Positions 17,050-25,232 of a DNA stretch of 35,705 bases are shown here, piece by piece. Under the pieces are notes generated by a model that was not told the origin of the DNA, did not search any database, and worked only from the letters and a program-made list of their open reading frames with translations. The position numbers and the translations under genes were made by a program. Position 1 is the first letter of the stretch; each line of letters opens with the position of its first letter. The stretch covers positions 1 to 35,705 of the forward strand of contig JACPMQ010000032.1 in assembly GCA_016185955.1 (NCBI GenBank). The letters run 5' to 3'. Source of the stretch: Candidatus Woesearchaeota archaeon (GTDB lineage Archaea; Nanobdellota; Nanobdellia; Woesearchaeales; GW2011-AR4).

Positions 17050-18015
17050 TTAATCAGCCTTTTCTATTATTATCTCTTTTGATGTTGTAAAAGTATACCC
17101 GTAATTGGTATATATGGTTAATGGTGCGGTGAAAGCATCCTCATTTTTGCTTATTCCCTCTTTTGATTTGCATACCATTCTGTTTTCACCCTCTTCTGCA
17201 TTTTCTTTAAGCAGTATTTCTGCATATTCATTTTGCTCCAGCTTATCAGTCTTGCTGCATTCTAATTCGTTTCCTGATAAAGATGCCTTTACAAGAACAG
17301 CACCAAAGTCTCTTGGAGCGAGCGCTTCACTGCTGCACGCATTGCTTATTTTATTAGCCTTTATAATCCTGCCTTCACCTTTATTCTCCATATAAATAAC
17401 AAACTGCGGCCTTATCATTTTTTCATTTTCTTGAGGCAGTATCTTAGTTTCAATTTTTGTCACTGCAACAGGCGCTCCTTGCCCCTCGCTAAATTCAAGC
17501 ACTTTCATTTCACAGGGCTTCTGCCTTCTTGCAGCATTTGGACTGGCATCAATGCAAACAGAAACATCAGCCTTAGTGCTGTAAGGATAGCATGCAGTCG
17601 CTAAAATTGTTGAAGTATGCGTTTCACTTGAGCCTATGTTTTTTGCGCGCGCATTAATTGTTAAATATTCACTATTACCTTCAGGATTTAAAATAGACTT
17701 GCCTTTAATGCTGAATATCTTTTCCTTTTTTGCGCTATCAGCATCCACATACTGGGTTTCAAATCCAAAAAACAATCTGCCATCTGTTATATCATAAGCC
17801 CCTTTGTTTTTTAGGTTTAATCCAACTTCAAAAATATCTTCTTCAAAAACCTTTTCAGGCATAAATTCTAAAAATTCCATAGTTAAGCCTTCTGTGCCTT
17901 TTCTGATTTCAATATCCGTTATGGGATTTGTATTTTGGCTTGATTTGCAGCCAGCCAAAGCTAAGACAAAAATCAGCACAATCCAAACAATTATTTTGTT
18001 GTGCATTTTAGGCAT
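17050..18015 (-). CDS. lipobox lipoprotein, paralog of 16108-17049, unknown family
   Basis: Signal peptide ending in LAGC. GGAG 5 nt upstream of ATG 18015. Conserved blocks as listed for the paralog. Stop abuts the start of the next gene with 0-nt gap. Confidence 0.65.
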   Translation of the reverse strand: MPKMHNKIIVWIVLIFVLALAGCKSSQNTNPITDIEIRKGTEGLTMEFLEFMPEKVFEEDIFEVGLNLKNKGAYDITDGRLFFGFETQYVDADSAKKEKIFSIKGKSILNPEGNSEYLTINARAKNIGSSETHTSTILATACYPYSTKADVSVCIDASPNAARRQKPCEMKVLEFSEGQGAPVAVTKIETKILPQENEKMIRPQFVIYMENKGEGRIIKANKISNACSSEALAPRDFGAVLVKASLSGNELECSKTDKLEQNEYAEILLKENAEEGENRMVCKSKEGISKNEDAFTAPLTIYTNYGYTFTTSKEIIIEKAD

Positions 18016-20467
18016 ATTGCTCCATAATCCCGTCTACTTTATCTACATAGCCCAAATTTCCAGGAGCGCATCCAAAGCCGTTATAAGCCCTCAAAGCCCT
18101 ATCCCAGCCAGTATAGTCCTTATATTGCTGGCAATTTGAATTTGAGACACTCGCTGCGTAATCCACGTCTGCATTAGGACTAATGACGTACTTACTGTAG
18201 TAATCTAATAAAATGCCAATTCCGCTTTTTATATTACAATCTAGATCATAGGCAGTTTCATCTTCCTTGCAGCCATATTTAACAGCACCGCCACGCACAA
18301 ATACCTCTGGATGGGCATTACTATTGCCGTTTATTTGCATCACCCCACAATCCCCGCCAGAATTGCAAAGAACATTGGCTTTATTATTGGTCCCGCAATT
18401 TATGCTCCCATCCCTACAATGATTTAATCCGGATTCATGTTTAGCAATAGCCAAAGATATTGGAATGCATTTTTGCTCTGCAATGCATTTTTGCTCTGCA
18501 ATTTTTCTGACTTTACTTTCAATCTCTCTTTTAACATTCTCGCTTGACTGCACTATCTGCACTGTATTACTGCCACTTGACGTAAACTCCTCATTATCTT
18601 TCTCAACCATCACACTTACAGGCTTCTCAACCCTGTACTCATATCTTGTTTTAACCTTGAAGTATTTTGTTGTTATTTTTGGACCTTTTAAAACTTTAGT
18701 GCTTGGCTGAAATCTGCATTTTACCTCTTCAAACAAGCTTTCTTCAGAAGACCTTTCCCTTCGCTCTTTTAATTTGATAGAATATCCATTGTATTTAGAG
18801 TCACCTTCACTAAAAAGCCTTGCGCATTCTTTTTTTCCTTCGTCAGCTTTATCATCGCATGATTTTATGCAATTATCCAAGCCGGTATTTTTGTAACTAT
18901 TGCATGCTTTCCTGCAAGGCTCTCTTGCAAATTTTTCTATTGAGCCTTCACACTGCGGCATTTCATACTTATCCCAATTGCAGTCGTCAGTGGAGATTAA
19001 GCTTACAGATTCCGGCATTAAAATCACAAGCTCGCTTATTTTTTTTAGCTTTCCCTGCCAACCCTCATTATTTTTCAGCTCTATTGTCATTGACGGCTCT
19101 ATCAGGTAATCATCACTTACTCCTATCAAAAATGTGCCTTCATGCGAGCTGGAAACCCCCATTTCTATCCTTAATGGACCATTGCTAAATGTTGCAATAG
19201 GATTTTTATCATCAATTTTAGAATCCTCAAAAGGGTCTATATTAACATTTGTCATTGACCTTAAAGTTTCCCTATTAATAAGATAAACCTTTTGCTCGGC
19301 TCCTGTCTCAAAATTAAATTCTGCAAAAGCAGTTATTGTGTTAGAGCCGTCTTTTAATTTGTCGCCTAGAAAGGTGCATGTAAAATCCTGCTCTTCCAAT
19401 GAAAATACAGGGAACGGCTTTTCAGGAACAACTTTATAGGCATATTCTTTCTCATTTTTCCTGCTGCCGTCTTTATAGCAGCCAACCTGTATATTAATTG
19501 GATCGCTTAGCGCTTTGGCTTTTACAGTTCCCCATATTATCGCAGGCTCACTGCCGTAATATACAGAATCAGCAGGCTTCACATTTTCAAGATAAACACC
19601 TAAAGGCTCAAACCTGTTTTCTTCAACTTTGCCCGATATTGCGTAATCTATCCGGCTTTGCAATCCAACCCTAACCGAATTTTTAATATTGTTTAATCCT
19701 TTACTAAAATCCCCCCACATATCTTCCAATGTTAGTCCGCTTTTGTCTCTTACCCATTTAAATCCTACTCCCTGGGCTTGAATATCTTTATATGAAAACA
19801 CAAATAATACTATCAAAAGCCCTATAAAAAAGGCAATAGAAAGTGTATTTTGTGTTTTGGTGTAAATATAGAATATGGTAAACACAAAGAAGAATGGGAT
19901 ATAACTGAAAAAAACAAATTTCTTTAGCAAAGCAAATCCAAAAAAGTCTATAAGAATTAAAAGAATCATAGATTTATAAGCTGCAGAAAAACCGTCGTAA
20001 CTTGCTATAAATGTGAATCCAAAAAGCAATATGTATCCAATATGAATAATCGCTTTTATATTGCCCATCCATTGATTGCTGAGGAATAAAAATGACAGCG
20101 TAATGGCAAAAAACATAAAGCTGATGGATTCTTCTCCTAAAAATTCCCAATCACCTCTTCTCAATTTATTAGTGAGATATACAACTATCAGAAAGCCAAA
20201 AAGAGGAAAAGTAACAACTTTACTTATCACGTTCAGAGAACTCCAATTCAAGTTAATAAGATTTGAATCCCATACAAATCCGGTGTATCTTCCACCGAAA
20301 GCATTCATTAAGTCTATTACAAAAATCAGTAAAGCAACCAATAAAAAAATTGTGCCAGTGTCAGAACCAGTTACACCAACTCTGCTTCTTGAGCTAGCAC
20401 TATTATCATATGCTCTCCCTTCAAAGCCAGGCTCCGCAGTTATAGTGCCGCTGTCGCCCATTCCCAT
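18008..20467 (-). CDS. polytopic membrane protein with C-terminal GH23/SLT lytic transglycosylase domain
   Basis: About 7 N-terminal TM helices, a long extracytoplasmic region with a Cys-rich Cx3C segment, then AIAKHES (catalytic E-S), CGVMQIN, NIKSGIGILL, ALRAYNGFG and YVDKV motifs in the order typical of family-1 lytic transglycosylases. Confidence 0.8.
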   Translation of the reverse strand: MGMGDSGTITAEPGFEGRAYDNSASSRSRVGVTGSDTGTIFLLVALLIFVIDLMNAFGGRYTGFVWDSNLINLNWSSLNVISKVVTFPLFGFLIVVYLTNKLRRGDWEFLGEESISFMFFAITLSFLFLSNQWMGNIKAIIHIGYILLFGFTFIASYDGFSAAYKSMILLILIDFFGFALLKKFVFFSYIPFFFVFTIFYIYTKTQNTLSIAFFIGLLIVLFVFSYKDIQAQGVGFKWVRDKSGLTLEDMWGDFSKGLNNIKNSVRVGLQSRIDYAISGKVEENRFEPLGVYLENVKPADSVYYGSEPAIIWGTVKAKALSDPINIQVGCYKDGSRKNEKEYAYKVVPEKPFPVFSLEEQDFTCTFLGDKLKDGSNTITAFAEFNFETGAEQKVYLINRETLRSMTNVNIDPFEDSKIDDKNPIATFSNGPLRIEMGVSSSHEGTFLIGVSDDYLIEPSMTIELKNNEGWQGKLKKISELVILMPESVSLISTDDCNWDKYEMPQCEGSIEKFAREPCRKACNSYKNTGLDNCIKSCDDKADEGKKECARLFSEGDSKYNGYSIKLKERRERSSEESLFEEVKCRFQPSTKVLKGPKITTKYFKVKTRYEYRVEKPVSVMVEKDNEEFTSSGSNTVQIVQSSENVKREIESKVRKIAEQKCIAEQKCIPISLAIAKHESGLNHCRDGSINCGTNNKANVLCNSGGDCGVMQINGNSNAHPEVFVRGGAVKYGCKEDETAYDLDCNIKSGIGILLDYYSKYVISPNADVDYAASVSNSNCQQYKDYTGWDRALRAYNGFGCAPGNLGYVDKVDGIMEQYA
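18465..18500. repeat. perfect 18-bp tandem duplication inside a CDS
   Basis: atgcatttttgctctgca occurs twice (18465-18482 and 18483-18500). It encodes IAEQKC-IAEQKC just N-terminal of the SLT domain. Confidence 0.9.
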
Positions 20468-20523
20468 TTTAATGCTCTCATTGTTTATGAATTTTTACTA
20501 CGCAGAATTCTTTCCAACCATTA

Positions 20524-21675
20524 TTATTTTTCCCTTGATTCTACCCTTATCTCAACAATATCAAGCTTTGTTCTTGGCTTTATCTCAATGAAATTGTTGC
20601 CTTCCTTCACAAAATCATTAATATTTTTTGAAAATATGTTTTTTTCTTGGTCTATTTCTGAAAGCCTGTTGTTTATGCTCAAGTCAGCCCTTTTATTCTG
20701 CCTATCATCCACAAATTCTATTATCAATATTATGTCCTTTGCTTTTTGAGTCCTATTAACTTCAAAGAAATGGACATTTGTTTTTACTTCCTTTTCCCTG
20801 AATTTAAATTCAATTTGCTCAACACTATAGCTTCCTTTGCTCGTTTTAAAAATTACCTTGTTTTCCCCGGCATTTAAAACAGAAACAGGCACCTGCTGCT
20901 CGTATGGGTCATCACAAACAGGCACTCCTAAAAATACCTCTCTATTGTTTACTAAAACCTGTAATCTGCCAACTTCATCAACATTACGGCAATATGGCAC
21001 AAACCTTAATGCAGCGCTTTCTATATTTGCCAATTCTGCTCCAGTTAATGTGAATATATTCCTGCTTTCCTGCTTGCTCCTGTCTGTTATGTCGCCTATA
21101 ATTTTTATGTCTTCTAAGCTATATTCATTTGTTTTCCAGAACTTGTAGCCAACGGAAGAAACGCTAAAAACAAGCGTGTTTTCCTTCATAAGCAGGCTCT
21201 TTTTTAATCTTACCGGCGCAACAGTCTCAGAGTTAATCTCATTTTCATATATAAGCTCATTATTTAGCTTAATTGCTAAGATTCCATCATGCTTTTTGGC
21301 TTTAAAGGATAAAATAACATTATCCGTATTTTCCAAGTCATTCACGTTAAAGCTAACGGATTTCTCTTTTTTGTCAAACCATGCGTTTCTTGCCACTAAT
21401 GGATTGATTTTTTCAATTTCTTGGGCATTAGTCATTTCAAAAAGGAATATGTTTGGAATTGACTTGTCTTCTATGCTTTTAGCAACATCAATCCTGCCAG
21501 GAAATACCTTAAGCAATACATTTTTGTCTTCTTTCTCATCAATAGTTTTTTTTATGCTCTTGTTTTCAAGCAGCATTTCTCTTTCTGTCTCAGGTAGAAA
21601 AAGTATATATAATGCAATCAATCCAGCAATAACCGCAACTAAAACAGCAGCATTAATGCCCTGAGCTTTCCTCAA
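20524..21675 (-). CDS. N-terminally anchored extracytoplasmic protein with three internal repeats, unknown family
   Basis: MRKAQGINAAVLVAVIAGLIALYILFL anchor. Three modules share L.(I/V).(L/V/I)NN(E/R)...(G/E)(E/N)N..(V/I).(F/I)...(Y/L).(L/V/I)E.I..: IKLNNE..KENTLVF..YSLEDIKI, VLVNNRE..GENKVIF..YSVEQIEF and LSINNRL..GNNFIEI..LDIVEIRV. Confidence 0.6.
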   Translation of the reverse strand: MRKAQGINAAVLVAVIAGLIALYILFLPETEREMLLENKSIKKTIDEKEDKNVLLKVFPGRIDVAKSIEDKSIPNIFLFEMTNAQEIEKINPLVARNAWFDKKEKSVSFNVNDLENTDNVILSFKAKKHDGILAIKLNNELIYENEINSETVAPVRLKKSLLMKENTLVFSVSSVGYKFWKTNEYSLEDIKIIGDITDRSKQESRNIFTLTGAELANIESAALRFVPYCRNVDEVGRLQVLVNNREVFLGVPVCDDPYEQQVPVSVLNAGENKVIFKTSKGSYSVEQIEFKFREKEVKTNVHFFEVNRTQKAKDIILIIEFVDDRQNKRADLSINNRLSEIDQEKNIFSKNINDFVKEGNNFIEIKPRTKLDIVEIRVESREK

Positions 21676-21768
21676 AAATCATCACCTTTTTAAAATAATT
21701 TTATTTACCCTAATGTGAAAAATGAATAGCTTTATATTTAAATGTTTTGAATTTTTGTATGCTTTAAA

Positions 21769-22851
21769 ATGAAAATTATACACCAAGATTTTAAAAAAGG
21801 CGAAGTTAAGGTAAAAGTTGACAATCTCGATGATTTGTGGTATTTAAGCAGCATAGTGGAAAAAAATGATTTTATCAAAGGCAAAACCCTAAGAAAAATA
21901 AAGTTTGGGGATGAAACCCAAAGAAACCAAAAATCAGTAAAAAAGGCGCTTTTTCTTCTTATTCAGGCAGAAAGGGTTGAATTCAGCAAATTTTCAAACG
22001 AGCTTAGGATATCTGGAATAGTGAAACAAGGAACAGAAGATGTGCCTTTAGGCTCTTACCACACTTTTAATGTCGAAGAAAACTCAGTTATCACGATAAT
22101 CAAGCAAAAATGGCTTAAATTCCAATTAGACAAATTAAAGGACGCCAGCAGTAAAGCAGATTCAAAAATTTTAATCTGCGTGCATGACAGGGAAGAGGCA
22201 TATTTTGCGCTGATTAAAAAATATGGCTACGAGCTTCTTTCGCATATCAAAGGCAATGTGGCAAAAAAGGCAGATATTAAAAAATTTGAAGCCACTTTTT
22301 ACAGAGATGCAGCAAAACAATTAAAAGAGTACAATTCAAGATATAAGCTAAACAAAATCATAATTGCAAGCCCGGCATTTTGGAAAGAAGAGCTGCTTAA
22401 AGAAATAGATGAAGAAATAAAAAATAAAATAATAATTGCAACGTGCTCTTCAGTGACTGAAAATGCCATTAATGAAGTGCTCAAAAGGCCAGAGACAGAA
22501 AAAGCATTAAAGCAGGACAGGATTGCAAAAGAATACAGGCATGTTGAAAGGCTTTTTGTAGAAATATCCAAGAATAATCTTGCTTGTTATGGATTGGAAG
22601 AAACAAAAAATGCAGCCATGTCAGGAGCTGTAAGCTTATTGCTGATAACTGATAATTTTATACAGAAAAAAAGAATTGAGAATCAATATAGCCCAATAGA
22701 GGAAATAATGAAAGCTGTTGATAACTCTAATGGAGATATAGCAATAATAAGTTCAGAGCATGAGGCAGGGAAAAAATTAGATGGCTTAGGAGGAATTGCA
22801 GCTATATTGAGGTTCAAGTTTAATACAACCTACAAATTTTCTGCCAATTGA
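21769..22851 (+). CDS. pelA: Pelota (aRF1-related mRNA surveillance factor)
   Basis: MKII...GEVKVKVDNLDDLWYLSSIV N-terminal domain and length typical of archaeal Pelota. TATA-like box about 30 nt upstream. Confidence 0.9.
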   Translation: MKIIHQDFKKGEVKVKVDNLDDLWYLSSIVEKNDFIKGKTLRKIKFGDETQRNQKSVKKALFLLIQAERVEFSKFSNELRISGIVKQGTEDVPLGSYHTFNVEENSVITIIKQKWLKFQLDKLKDASSKADSKILICVHDREEAYFALIKKYGYELLSHIKGNVAKKADIKKFEATFYRDAAKQLKEYNSRYKLNKIIIASPAFWKEELLKEIDEEIKNKIIIATCSSVTENAINEVLKRPETEKALKQDRIAKEYRHVERLFVEISKNNLACYGLEETKNAAMSGAVSLLLITDNFIQKKRIENQYSPIEEIMKAVDNSNGDIAIISSEHEAGKKLDGLGGIAAILRFKFNTTYKFSAN

Positions 22852-22916
22852 TGATTGCAGAAAATTTGTAGTTTTACTACCACAAATTATATATAACTAT
22901 TGCTTAATTTGAGCTT

Positions 22917-23927
22917 ATGGTTACTATAAGCCAAAGCTCTTTTGGCAACATAATATTGGGAATATTTGCTATTCTATCCCTTATTTTCTTCTCTAACAAG
23001 GTTATTGAAAAATCCATAAAAATAAGCAAAAGGCTTGGCATTTCCCAAATGTTTATAGGTTTAACAATAATCTCGATAGGAACAAGCCTGCCTGAAATAA
23101 CAACCCATATTGTAGCCAGCATTGGCATACTAAAAGGAAACTTGGATTATTTTATAGCTTCTTCAACTGTTATCGGGATTAATATCGGTTCAGATATTGT
23201 GCAGCAGACATTTATTTTAGGGATCATAGGGCTTTTAGCTGTTATGCATTCCACTCCATTAAAGATGAAAAAGTCTTTCCTGAAAAAAGATTTTTTGATA
23301 ATGATAGTTGCATCAGCGTTATTGCTTTTATTAGCAATAGATGGCAAAATAAGCAGAACAGAAGGCGCATTGATGTTTTTTGGCTATATGGCTTACTTAT
23401 GGGCTTTATGGAAGAAAGAAAACAAGAGAAAAAATAATAAGGCACCTATTAACAAAAAAGATAAAAAGGGCTTATTCGCGGATTTTGCTTATATAATTTT
23501 GGGGATAATAATAATTTTCTTCAGCGCAGAATATATTTTAAAAATTGCTGAATTTTTTGTGGCAAACTATAATATAGGCGCCTCATTGATTGGAGTAGTT
23601 ATCATCGGCGTTGCTGCCGCGCTTCCAGAATTTACCACATCAGTTACAGCTATTCTGAAGAATTCTTCCTCAATTTCTATCGGAACCTTAATAGGAAGCA
23701 ATATAACAAATCCGATGTTTGCTCTGGGCTTAGGAGCTATGATTTCATCTTACCATGTGCCAAAGCCAGTAATAATTTATGATGTTCCTGTTAAAATAGC
23801 AACCGCAGTTTTGGTGATGTGGATGCTATGGAAAAATGAAGAGTTAACAAAGAAAAATTCAGCAGTAATGGTAGGAACATACCTTATTTATGCTGTGATT
23901 AGGCTAAAATATTTTTCTTTAGATTAA
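22917..23927 (+). CDS. Ca2+/cation (Na+/Ca2+) antiporter, CaCA family
   Basis: Two alpha-repeat motifs (IGTSLPEITTH and AAALPEFTTS) separated by a basic loop, with about 10 TM helices. Confidence 0.85.
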   Translation: MVTISQSSFGNIILGIFAILSLIFFSNKVIEKSIKISKRLGISQMFIGLTIISIGTSLPEITTHIVASIGILKGNLDYFIASSTVIGINIGSDIVQQTFILGIIGLLAVMHSTPLKMKKSFLKKDFLIMIVASALLLLLAIDGKISRTEGALMFFGYMAYLWALWKKENKRKNNKAPINKKDKKGLFADFAYIILGIIIIFFSAEYILKIAEFFVANYNIGASLIGVVIIGVAAALPEFTTSVTAILKNSSSISIGTLIGSNITNPMFALGLGAMISSYHVPKPVIIYDVPVKIATAVLVMWMLWKNEELTKKNSAVMVGTYLIYAVIRLKYFSLD

Positions 23928-23960
23928 TTTTATGCCAATATTAAACCAATATTAAAGATA

Positions 23961-24233
23961 TCACTGCTTTTCCTCTTCTTCAGAATAAGAGGGTATAGCA
24001 GCCTTGCTTATAATCATTATGTCTCCTATAGACTTAACAAGCTGATGGGGCACAATAACTCCTTTAGCAGAACCAAGAACCTTGTTAAGGAAAGAATTTT
24101 TTGTGGCTCTTACACGCCATCCAAAAATCTTGTTTTGAGTTATTATCGCTTCCTCAACATCGCCAAAATATTCGCCTGTATCAGTAAATACCCTTATATC
24201 GTAAGTCTCAGACACGCTTTTCATCTTGAGCAT
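23961..24233 (-). CDS. PRC-barrel domain protein
   Basis: 90-aa protein with the V.TDTGEYFGDVEE...GWRV pattern typical of small archaeal PRC-barrel proteins. Confidence 0.65.
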   Translation of the reverse strand: MLKMKSVSETYDIRVFTDTGEYFGDVEEAIITQNKIFGWRVRATKNSFLNKVLGSAKGVIVPHQLVKSIGDIMIISKAAIPSYSEEEEKQ

Positions 24234-24323
24234 TAAACATCACCTTTATTACTTCTAAATGATTTAAAAGGCACAAGTATTTAAAATCTTCGATTTTTAG
24301 AATGTTTTTTACTGGTATCTAAA

Positions 24324-24983
24324 ATGGGCTATGAAAACCTTACAATAATAGGAACATCTCATATAGCAAGGCAAAGCCTTAATGATGTAAAAAAGGCAAT
24401 TGGGGAGATAAAGCCAGACATAATTGCTTTGGAATTAGATAAAAGGAGATTTTACAGCCTTTTTAAAAAACAAGGAAAGATAAGCATTTATGCAATTAAA
24501 AAGGTTGGAATAAAGGGATTTGTTTTTTCTGTTATAGGAGCTTGGGCTGAGAAAAAACTCGGAAAAATTGTTGGAGTTGCTCCAGGCTCTGAAATGAAAA
24601 AAGCCATAAAGCTGGCAAAAAAACACAACATACAGATAGCATTAATCGACCAAGACATAGAAATTACCTTAAAAAAATTCTCAAAAAGCATTACTTGGAA
24701 AGAAAAATGGAATTTTTTAGTGGATATGCTTAAGGCTATTTTTTCCAAAAAAAAGGCTATTGAATTTGACCTTTCAACTGTGCCGAGCAAGGAAATAATA
24801 GGAAAATTAATAGAGAATGTAAAAGAGCGTTATCCTAATGTCTATGAAGTGCTTATAGAGGAAAGAAACATTATAATGGCAGAAAACATAAAAAAAATCA
24901 TGGAAGAAAATAAAGACAAAAAGATTTTAGCAATTATAGGAGCAGGGCATGAAGATGAAATAATGAGGTTAGCGGCTCAGTAG
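24324..24983 (+). CDS. TraB/PrgY family protein
   Basis: IIGTSHIARQS...IALELD N-terminal block and C-terminal IIGAGHE block. Confidence 0.8.
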   Translation: MGYENLTIIGTSHIARQSLNDVKKAIGEIKPDIIALELDKRRFYSLFKKQGKISIYAIKKVGIKGFVFSVIGAWAEKKLGKIVGVAPGSEMKKAIKLAKKHNIQIALIDQDIEITLKKFSKSITWKEKWNFLVDMLKAIFSKKKAIEFDLSTVPSKEIIGKLIENVKERYPNVYEVLIEERNIIMAENIKKIMEENKDKKILAIIGAGHEDEIMRLAAQ

Positions 24984-25062
24984 AAATCCTTAACAAATAT
25001 AAGTGGCTGCTCCAAAATAAGGGGCGGTAGGCAAGCAGAAGAATGTTAATTGTGCTATCAAA

Positions 25063-25209
25063 ATGGCGCGTATGTGCAAAAATAATTTTGTTATATAGGC
25101 ACGGACATTAATTTCCGTAAATAAATTATCCGTGCCTATATACTGCGGACTTTGACAATTATTACGGAAATCAAAGTCCGCTCGTATAGTAAGAAGAAAG
25201 ATGCGCCAT
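25063..25209 (+). ncRNA. candidate structured RNA/leader: closing stem plus two perfect hairpins with complementary loops
   Basis: P1 is atggcgcgt (25063-25071) paired with atgcgccat (25201-25209). Hairpin 1 has a 13-bp stem, 25093-25105 / 25129-25141. Hairpin 2 has an 11-bp stem, 25145-25155 / 25171-25181. Loop 1 tttccgtaa (25112-25120) is complementary to loop 2 ttacggaaa (25162-25170). Strand and transcription are not established. Confidence 0.35.
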
Positions 25210-25232
25210 AAGATGCCTATAAAATAAGCATT

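Noticed and set aside
20076-21664. Long antisense ORFs (171 aa at 20076-20591 and 162 aa at 21176-21664) opposite the envelope operon
   Set aside because: They are mirror frames of well-supported minus-strand genes. Their Ser/Leu/Phe-rich low-complexity translations carry no motifs. The other short antisense ORFs in the track are rejected for the same reason.
22851-22916. C/D box sRNA candidates (ttgatga at 22853, gtgataa/ctga at 13023-13037, atgatgg at 11067), sought because Nop5 and fibrillarin are encoded here
   Set aside because: None has the full C - D' - C' - D arrangement with guide-length spacing. The 13023-13037 pair is only 5 nt apart, and the CTGA is lost in the second repeat copy.
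23935-23956. Tandem 11-nt repeat ccaatattaaa x2 between the CaCA and PRC-barrel genes
   Set aside because: It is a short AT-rich duplication in a 33-nt convergent spacer, with only two units and no further copies seen. It is most simply explained by slippage.
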